IMG/VR virus record: IMGVR_UViG_3300021139_000002 | Coordinates: 1 to 64,000 of that record | Direction: 5' to 3' (one strand) | DNA length: 64,000 nt | Source: a virus | Shown here: positions 29,101-34,897 of the stretch, piece after piece | Layout of the letters: the number at the start of each line of letters is the position of its first letter | Numbering within the stretch: the stretch's first letter is position 1 | Notes under the pieces: generated by a model | What the model was told of the DNA's origin: nothing | Database searches by the model: none | What the model saw: only the letters and a program-made list of their open reading frames with translations | Program-made: the position numbers and the translations under genes

Positions 29101-29567
29101 AATTTGCCAACGATGAAAAGAAACATCAAGGTGTGAATGAAAAGATGATGCCAGCAAGCATGTTCGCAGGATCAAAGAAGAATAAATTAGGTTCAGCAGG
29201 ACAATGGAAGAATACTGGCTCAAGTAAGAATCGTCCAGCACGCCAAGGTGATCTAGTTGGTGGTGCTGAAGAAAGTGTACAAAGAGAAAACGATAACATG
29301 AGTGGTGGTTACGCAAAGAACAAACCAGGTCTAGGTCAACAATCGTATGTGAGTAAAACACAAGCACCTATGGCACCTATGGAAGAAAAAATTAAGGGTG
29401 TTGACGGTAAAGCCTGCTGGAAAGGTAAACGCTACGCCGGAAAAGTGAAAAAAGCAGATGGTACTTATAAGGATAAGTGTGTTCCTGTAAGTGAAGATAT
29501 ACAAAATATTATGGATGTCTTAATTAACAAGATTATAGTAAATGAAACAATATCGAATAACAAGTGA
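26127..29567 (+). CDS. Multi-domain polyprotein: Pol-beta-type nucleotidyltransferase + ligase-like (KxDG) domain + HIGH nucleotidyltransferase + short basic modules
   Basis: SGSS…GDID; VKIDG…EGIVI…K; GHIGH…MSFTKLR; N-terminus MILREFF…LLE. Confidence 0.65.
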   Translation: MILREFFKRTLLEGGNLEIDGAQAQHIDLKVHNRGYIVPILSQLLTSINSEFKQSQGNDLWNPKVLKSRKYLSGSSLHFFDTDIPDEEFERVKPKVGDIDTQVNKAAEQHLAQWLNGVKGQVVGNAKFLGFSRGNEQYSSLWELTDPPVKVQIDFEFVDYNEKDEPTDWSAFSHSSSWNDLNEGIKGVFHKWLIQAFTKLSTQEFLLRKMVGRGKARVEQDVPTTDNMFSFAVSSKEGGGLRPKYEPVADAKGRPLVIDGLPVMRALPASGYEKDIGAMFQNIFGKRVDRKTLNKLLPKTWSFTGLLDVMNLILPPEEKEQVLDAFVDKLFAPGAQGLYKGDAQRDMVEKNAALNYALKTLKTTAPKNLEQMRQDYVKNYKVTSEGPIGLDKPIEEAEGDQAQPAVKAQLRKGMPHLRDLKPADFLDLIDELRSEGGRFKLQNIPLNVKIDGFGGRFGKDAEGKPFMGTSNTPPKYEAGFVKYHQEKGTTDPEILGRAANFDKLFNEMMKAIKTVDSKLGPDALMDKQVSCEVLFLPFATQTDEGKLKFVGIEYDQLPKGVDLVLVPYRVVDASTGEESPEGEKIVQALTSLGQNGSVMFMSNRLTQKEGLDVTEIINPLENLEELKKIVSDTAGKRDRASLQLRREVEDKLKPVQIALEKAIDEDPNIVGKDNLGQDYEGIVINSRLGPIKVTSQKQKDIIIKKNAAKAAARAEQPRENANKTAVVAIGSFVGHIGHEQLWDYTIKKAAEVGGDPYLFIGNAQGKDDPIPPSVKVETWHKMYPKYAKNISTVTQEGGSLMQKIKHELINPLPGKPPRYDNIIIMVGEDQANMNIANALMKAVNKFQGYEHVKVSLEVTPRGTGMSFTKLRNILKDPNATPEQQYAVWAQGFDEKKLGKPWILHLMDITRKGMGITQQPKEPQQPAPQVQPVAEVRVFNALIRPRIISELSNEKLGQYKKAASADASAADKAGNYERGNKRFSGIVKATKKQFANDEKKHQGVNEKMMPASMFAGSKKNKLGSAGQWKNTGSSKNRPARQGDLVGGAEESVQRENDNMSGGYAKNKPGLGQQSYVSKTQAPMAPMEEKIKGVDGKACWKGKRYAGKVKKADGTYKDKCVPVSEDIQNIMDVLINKIIVNETISNNK

Positions 29568-29850
29568 AAATAGTCAGGCTATGGATAGCAACGATGATTG
29601 TATATTGCCTCCAGATGACTATACTCACCAATTAAAACGACTGCAATATTTAGGCGGACTCGGCGGCGAAGCACGACTACAAGAATATAATGCTCACCAA
29701 AATGCTATAAATAAAGGTAGTAATATTAGTGTAACAGGCATGGAAAAAGCCACACTAATGAAGGATAACAATATTAAACCAGGAACACCAGAATGGTTTC
29801 AACTATGGTTTGCTAGACAATTCATGACTGGCGAAAAACCTATTAATTAA
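29542..29850 (+). CDS. Conserved hypothetical protein
   Basis: IKPGTPEWFQLWF motif. Confidence 0.7.
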   Translation: MKQYRITSENSQAMDSNDDCILPPDDYTHQLKRLQYLGGLGGEARLQEYNAHQNAINKGSNISVTGMEKATLMKDNNIKPGTPEWFQLWFARQFMTGEKPIN

Positions 29851-29886
29851 GGTTCAGCAATCCATTTCTAACAGATAAATAAATGC

Positions 29887-29997
29887 ATGTTAGAAAACAA
29901 ATACACTAAAATATATAACAGCATAATATCTCGATCCAAAAATCGAAAAATAACCAGTGATTATTATGAATCTCATCATATTATCATATATCAGTAG
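29887..29997 (+). pseudogene. Truncated HNH homing endonuclease remnant
   Basis: MLENKYTKIYNSIISRSKNRKITSDYYESHHIIIYQ* resembles the N-terminus of phage HNH endonucleases (…E.HHIIP…GG); stops just after HHII. Confidence 0.65.
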
Positions 29998-30006
29998 GAA
30001 AATAAA

Positions 30007-30453
30007 GTGGATCAATTAGTTCAAATAACAAGAATTGCCTTTAGCAGTACATTTAGTTTTTATGTAAAAACTCACTCATTCCATTGGAATGTAGAAGGCA
30101 GTGATTTCTTTGAATATCACAAACTATTCGAAGAAATCTATAACGAAGTCTACGAAGCAATTGATCCATTTGCAGAAAATATTCGCAAATTAGATGCGTA
30201 CATGCCTACCAGTTACCACACACTAAGTATGCTGTCAAAAATTGAAGATGAAGATCGTGTACCTTCTAAAGAAGAAATGGTTAAAGAGTTGTTAATGGAC
30301 GGCGAAAAACTATTGTTAATTTTAAAGAAAAACTACGATCTAGCAGAAGCAGCTAGTGAACATGGACTAAGTAATTTCCTAGCAGAACGTATGGACGCAC
30401 ATAAAAAACATGCATGGTTTTTAAGATCCAGCATCAAAGGTGAAATGCAATGA
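30007..30453 (+). CDS. dps: Dps-family ferritin-like protein
   Basis: K.HSFHWNVEG..F…H.LFEE.Y……D..AE.IR; K.AWFL. Confidence 0.93.
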   Translation: MDQLVQITRIAFSSTFSFYVKTHSFHWNVEGSDFFEYHKLFEEIYNEVYEAIDPFAENIRKLDAYMPTSYHTLSMLSKIEDEDRVPSKEEMVKELLMDGEKLLLILKKNYDLAEAASEHGLSNFLAERMDAHKKHAWFLRSSIKGEMQ

Positions 30454-30821
30454 GAGCAAAAGAATTTGTAAACGAAGGTAGAGATGCGGCAGGTGCTAAA
30501 AACATGCCAGGTGATCACGTTACTACAATTCCAAATGCTCACTACTTTCCAGATTTAGATAACAGCAGTGGTTATCATGCGTACCGTTGGGGTGTTGCAC
30601 TTGCGGGAGCACCTGATATTCCTATGCCAACAGACGGGCCTACTGGACAAAAATTAGTTACTATAGGATACACTGACGGCGACGATGTTATCATCGATAG
30701 TGCATCAAAGCTGTTTGGTGCTAGAAAAATTAGATTAACACCGCGTGGTAGTACCGAACTAAAAGATACATATACTACAAGTCCTGTAAGTAACTGGAAT
30801 TCAAGGAACAAAAAGAAATGA
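30450..30821 (+). CDS. Putative internal head protein (CTS-like N-terminus)
   Basis: MRAKEFVNE start resembles T4 capsid-targeting sequence MKTYQEFIAE. Confidence 0.6.
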   Translation: MRAKEFVNEGRDAAGAKNMPGDHVTTIPNAHYFPDLDNSSGYHAYRWGVALAGAPDIPMPTDGPTGQKLVTIGYTDGDDVIIDSASKLFGARKIRLTPRGSTELKDTYTTSPVSNWNSRNKKK

Positions 30822-33022
30822 ACAACGAATTTAAAGTAAAAAAATTTAAAAGCGCAACCGTTTATGTATTAGAATCTGCAACAGGGGGTGGTACTAGTGC
30901 AGGTGGTATTGCAAGTGTGAGTGGCGCAATGGGTGGAGTTCGCAAGCGTGGCGGTAATCTTATTGTTCAAGACGATAACAATTCTAAGAAAGTTCCTGCT
31001 ACCAAACCACGCAACTTTGTAGCCAAGAATGCCAAGATGGGCGGTGCTGGTGCTCACAAGGATAAGAAGAAGGCTGCTAAACAAGGTGATGTTAAGCATA
31101 AGGCCCGTGAATTGGATGTGGCGGAAGAAAGTGATAAACAATTCGCACAGCGTATGAAGAAGAAGGCAGCACAACCTCCAACAAAGGGTATGAGCCAAAA
31201 GGAAAAAGAAGATAAAGGCTGGGCGAAACCTAAAGAGCAAGGTGTGGCGGAAGAAGCAAGCCCTATGATTAAACCGCCCACTAATAGATTCGATAACAAA
31301 CAAGAAGCATTTGCCTACGCTCGAGAACACGGCGGTAAAGTATTCAGAAGCACATACATTGATCCCAACACCGGAAACAAAAACATAACCTTTGTTGTTA
31401 AAAAAAATCAAGGTGTGGCGGAAGGCTTAGACGATAGTGCTAGTGCTACCCCAGCAAAAAACGAACGCGGAAGATTCACAGCGTGGGATGATGATGAACC
31501 GATGCGTTTGAAATGCGAAGATGGTGAGTTTAGAACCATACAAGAAATCAATATGCTTAGACAGAAAATAGGAATGAAACCTTTTTCTATCAAAGGCGAA
31601 CAAGGTATGGCGGAAGGCGCCAAGTTTGGTGCTTACTATTCTGAGAAAGTAGCACAAGAAATATTTAACAAGCGTCAAGATATCACGTCCGAGGACGAGG
31701 TGCTAAATCAAGCATATCACATTGTTTCTAACGAATTAGGTCAAAAGACTGCTCGTTATAAATTTAACTACGATGAAGATTTCTCAAGTGATGTTGTTTC
31801 TAATTACTTCTGGCTAAAGAAACAAAGTCAAGGTGTGGAGGAAGAACTCGTTGGACAGCCACAATCTGGACATCCAGGACAGGCAGGTCAAGGATCATAT
31901 AGTGCTGCCGAACATACAGCAAAAACTCAACATCGTCTAGGTTCACATACATATACGGTAACGTCAGAACAAGACAATGATGGCGATTTCTATTACTTCA
32001 TTTATGAGAATGGAGAAAAGGTATTTTACGGTACTGAAATGGATAGCGACGAATTATCTGTTCATGAAGATAAGTTAGGTCCAAAAATCAGTAGTGCTTT
32101 GATAGATGAGCATAAAAAAGCAACAGCACATTTATATAATGATGAAGATGATTATGATGATGTTGACGAAGGCGGGTATGCACACGGTTTTGCAGATCCC
32201 AATGCTCCTAGATTAGGACAGCGCCAAAGAGATTATGACAGAGGAGAAGATGAACCACAAGGTATGTTTGCTGTCGTTATCAACGGTCGTCCTTGGAAAG
32301 AGTTTACCAGTAATAAAGCATTTCAAGTAGCAAAAACTATTGCTTCTAAAAATCCAGATAAGAAAGTACAAGTACGTTGGCCCAATGGTACTTTAAATGG
32401 TATAAACGAAGATCATAGCACAGCAACACAGGGCTACGGACAAGGCGGATATGATACTTACGCAAACGGACGCCATGGTAGAGGAGTTGCAGAAAATCCA
32501 GAATGGTATAATGATGAAGCTAACGGTATGACTACTGCTCAACTAAAGAGTCTGGTTAAACATGCCGCTAAGTTGCGTCGAGCAGTTAAAGCCATGCAAG
32601 CACAGGGCGATACATTAGAACCTTGGCAACAAAGTAAAGTTACCAAAGCTGCTGATTATCTAGATGCAGTATTCAACGCTGTAGATGACAATCACGATAT
32701 GGGAGAAAGTGCTCCTAAAGGTTGGGAAGGCACGGTTAAGGCTATGAAAAAGCATAAAGAAATCGATAATCCTTATGCGTTAACAAACTGGATGAAAAAT
32801 AAAGGATATAAGAGTCACAAGAAAGAAGACGCTTATATGGAACAACTGGCTAAACAAGTAGCAGAAAAATTAAATCCTAGCGCACCAGTTGATGTGTGGG
32901 TTCAAGATTTCCAAAAGGCTGATCCTAACAAGTATCACCAGTTTAAAAATAAAACTCCAGAAAAGAAAGCACGTATGGCCGCCGCGGCACATTATGCTGC
33001 CAATGAACCTAGTAAAAAATGA
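30818..33022 (+). CDS. Modular polyprotein of short cassettes separated by QGVAE-type linkers (putative internal head protein)
   Basis: DVAEE, QGVAEE, QGVAEG, QGMAEG, QGVEEE, GVAEN, DVDEG, INED, MGES, VAEK junctions between unrelated segments. Confidence 0.7.
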   Translation: MNNEFKVKKFKSATVYVLESATGGGTSAGGIASVSGAMGGVRKRGGNLIVQDDNNSKKVPATKPRNFVAKNAKMGGAGAHKDKKKAAKQGDVKHKARELDVAEESDKQFAQRMKKKAAQPPTKGMSQKEKEDKGWAKPKEQGVAEEASPMIKPPTNRFDNKQEAFAYAREHGGKVFRSTYIDPNTGNKNITFVVKKNQGVAEGLDDSASATPAKNERGRFTAWDDDEPMRLKCEDGEFRTIQEINMLRQKIGMKPFSIKGEQGMAEGAKFGAYYSEKVAQEIFNKRQDITSEDEVLNQAYHIVSNELGQKTARYKFNYDEDFSSDVVSNYFWLKKQSQGVEEELVGQPQSGHPGQAGQGSYSAAEHTAKTQHRLGSHTYTVTSEQDNDGDFYYFIYENGEKVFYGTEMDSDELSVHEDKLGPKISSALIDEHKKATAHLYNDEDDYDDVDEGGYAHGFADPNAPRLGQRQRDYDRGEDEPQGMFAVVINGRPWKEFTSNKAFQVAKTIASKNPDKKVQVRWPNGTLNGINEDHSTATQGYGQGGYDTYANGRHGRGVAENPEWYNDEANGMTTAQLKSLVKHAAKLRRAVKAMQAQGDTLEPWQQSKVTKAADYLDAVFNAVDDNHDMGESAPKGWEGTVKAMKKHKEIDNPYALTNWMKNKGYKSHKKEDAYMEQLAKQVAEKLNPSAPVDVWVQDFQKADPNKYHQFKNKTPEKKARMAAAAHYAANEPSKK
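31115..31846 (+). repeat. Dispersed in-frame direct repeat CAAGGTGTGGCGGAAG (5 copies)
   Basis: Copies at 31115 (partial GATGTGGCGGAAG), 31238, 31409, 31601 (1 mismatch), 31829 (1 mismatch). Confidence 0.85.
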
Positions 33023-33756
33023 GACTCTACGAATTCGAGCAAAGTGATTATGTAATCAGAAATCGTGATAAACTAGATCACATTCTGCTCGAACTCTGCC
33101 ACCATGTAATTGAAGGACAACAACATGATCCAGTAAAATATGGAATGGTTGCGGCCTGTGTCTTAGACCCCGAAAACCGCAAAGTCTTTGGTGTAAACGA
33201 GGCGGCCAAAGATGGTACCAGACGCCACGCAGAAAGAGTTGCAATGGATCGTTATGTAGAACACTATGGCGATATTCCAGAAGGTAGTATCATACTAACT
33301 ACCTTAAGTCCGTGTAGTGACGATATGGATGAACGCTATGGTGAAAGTTGTCAAGATTTAATCAACAATAGTAATGTTCGAAAAGTATATTGCGGTTATA
33401 CAGATCCTACCCAACATGATACACACAAAGAATATACCTTAGAAGAAACTAGTAATGAAGGTATTATCAGCATGTGTAAAAAGTTTGCTGATACATTTTT
33501 GAAAGACTCAGTAAATGAAGCAGCCAATCCAGCACAGCAAGCCGCTATTGCTATCGCTAAGAAAGAAAAACAAGCACAAGAAAACTTTGCCGACGGTAAA
33601 CACCCTGGTCGCAAAGGCCTTGCCAAGCGTAGCGGAGTAAATACCAAAGCGTCAGTTAGCAGTTTGAGAAATACTGCTAAACATAGTTCAGGTGAAAAGG
33701 CACGCATGGCACATTGGTTGGCTAATATGAAAGCAGGAAGGGCTAAAAAGAAATGA
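33019..33756 (+). CDS. Zn-dependent nucleotide/nucleic-acid deaminase fused to short basic modules
   Basis: HAE…TLSPC…C deaminase motifs; modules after VNE and AQE. Confidence 0.75.
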   Translation: MRLYEFEQSDYVIRNRDKLDHILLELCHHVIEGQQHDPVKYGMVAACVLDPENRKVFGVNEAAKDGTRRHAERVAMDRYVEHYGDIPEGSIILTTLSPCSDDMDERYGESCQDLINNSNVRKVYCGYTDPTQHDTHKEYTLEETSNEGIISMCKKFADTFLKDSVNEAANPAQQAAIAIAKKEKQAQENFADGKHPGRKGLAKRSGVNTKASVSSLRNTAKHSSGEKARMAHWLANMKAGRAKKK

Positions 33757-34196
33757 GAGCACAAGAATTTATTATCGAAGGAATGTTGCAAGAAGCATTA
33801 GATAAACAATTCGACATAATCGAATCTATGATAGAATATTGGGCCAAACATCATGGTGTAGATAGCGAAGTAATTTGGGAAGACCTTGAAGAAGTTGACG
33901 ATGAAGATCTACTGAGTGAAGCTGAAGCCTGGCAAAAGAAATCTGGTAAAAACAAAAACGGTGGCTTGAACAAAAAAGGTGTAGCAAGTTATCGTCGTAG
34001 CCATCCTGGTAGCCATTTACAAACTGCTGTAACTACCAAACCTAGCAAACTTAAAAAAGGTAGCAAGGCTTCTAAGCGCCGTAAATCATTCTGCGCTCGT
34101 ATGAAAGGCATGAAGAAACATCGTGCAGGCGCCAAAACCAAAAGAGATCCAAATAGTCGCATAAACAAAAGTCTCCGTAAATGGAATTGTGAGTAA
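33753..34196 (+). CDS. Putative internal head protein with basic C-terminal domain
   Basis: MRAQEFIIE CTS-like start; acidic pro-region, then AWQKKSGKN..GGLN…RRKSFCARM…W.C. Confidence 0.65.
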   Translation: MRAQEFIIEGMLQEALDKQFDIIESMIEYWAKHHGVDSEVIWEDLEEVDDEDLLSEAEAWQKKSGKNKNGGLNKKGVASYRRSHPGSHLQTAVTTKPSKLKKGSKASKRRKSFCARMKGMKKHRAGAKTKRDPNSRINKSLRKWNCE

Positions 34197-34203
34197 AAAG
34201 TAT

Positions 34204-34232
34204 TTGACCTTCTCTGTCTAAAACTATATACT
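34204..34232 (+). promoter_or_regulatory. Sigma70-type promoter
   Basis: TTGACC-17-TATACT. Confidence 0.65.
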
Positions 34233-34252
34233 ATAGGATACAGGAGATTATT

Positions 34253-34525
34253 ATGGGCAAAGCATTTGGCGCACCAGAACAAGCAAAAATCAAACAAATC
34301 GTTGCAGAAGGCATGACCGTTATGCAAGAGATTCAAGACCTTACTGAGGGATTGAACGAAACAATTAAAGCAGTTGCAGAAGAACTAGAGGTCAAGCCCA
34401 GTGTAATTAAAAAAGCAATCAAAGTTTCAATGAAAGATCAGTGGGATCAAGTTTGGAGAGAATTTGACGATCTCGAAACTATTGTTGATATCAGCGGACA
34501 TTCACATCGTCGTACTGAAGAATAA
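34253..34525 (+). CDS. Small helical DNA-binding protein (T4 DsbA-like)
   Basis: 90-aa all-helical, KAVAEELEVKPSVIKKAIK; upstream of polymerase. Confidence 0.5.
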   Translation: MGKAFGAPEQAKIKQIVAEGMTVMQEIQDLTEGLNETIKAVAEELEVKPSVIKKAIKVSMKDQWDQVWREFDDLETIVDISGHSHRRTEE

Positions 34526-34824
34526 TGGATCAGATTACCAACACGTTTGTAAATATCTACAACTGGGCAAAGGGCGACTTTAAAGAGTGGCCCGTTCGCT
34601 TCGTTTTAGAAATTACAGCATGGTTTATGAGTTTAGGCTGTTCGCTAACCCTAGCAGCCGGTGCAAGTGATCCATTGTTTGTTTATCTCTATCCAATCTT
34701 TATTACACAATGTGCTATATTTGGATGGGCGGCTTGGACTCGAAAGAGTACCGGCATGGTCGCAAACTATGCACTATTAGTCACAATTGATTTAATAGGG
34801 TACATTAGACTAATAAATATGTAA
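34525..34824 (+). CDS. Small 3-TM membrane protein
   Basis: Three hydrophobic segments; TAATG coupling. Confidence 0.7.
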   Translation: MDQITNTFVNIYNWAKGDFKEWPVRFVLEITAWFMSLGCSLTLAAGASDPLFVYLYPIFITQCAIFGWAAWTRKSTGMVANYALLVTIDLIGYIRLINM

Positions 34825-34830
34825 CAGAAA

Positions 34831-34884
34831 GGTATGATCAGCCACAAATGATCATTAGGGTATTTTGCAAGCCGAAAATTGCAA
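34831..34884 (+). promoter_or_regulatory. Tandem hairpins with shared GCC(A/G)(C/A)AAA loop in polymerase leader
   Basis: ATGATCA-GCCACAAA-TGATCAT and TTGCAA-GCCGAAAA-TTGCAA, directly before GGAG SD. Confidence 0.65.
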
Positions 34885-34897
34885 TGGAGAAAAATTA

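Noticed and set aside
31115-31846. CRISPR array interpretation of the CAAGGTGTGGCGGAAG repeats
   Set aside because: Repeat is only about 16 bp, intervening segments are long and unequal (>100 nt), everything is in frame within a CDS, and no cas genes are visible
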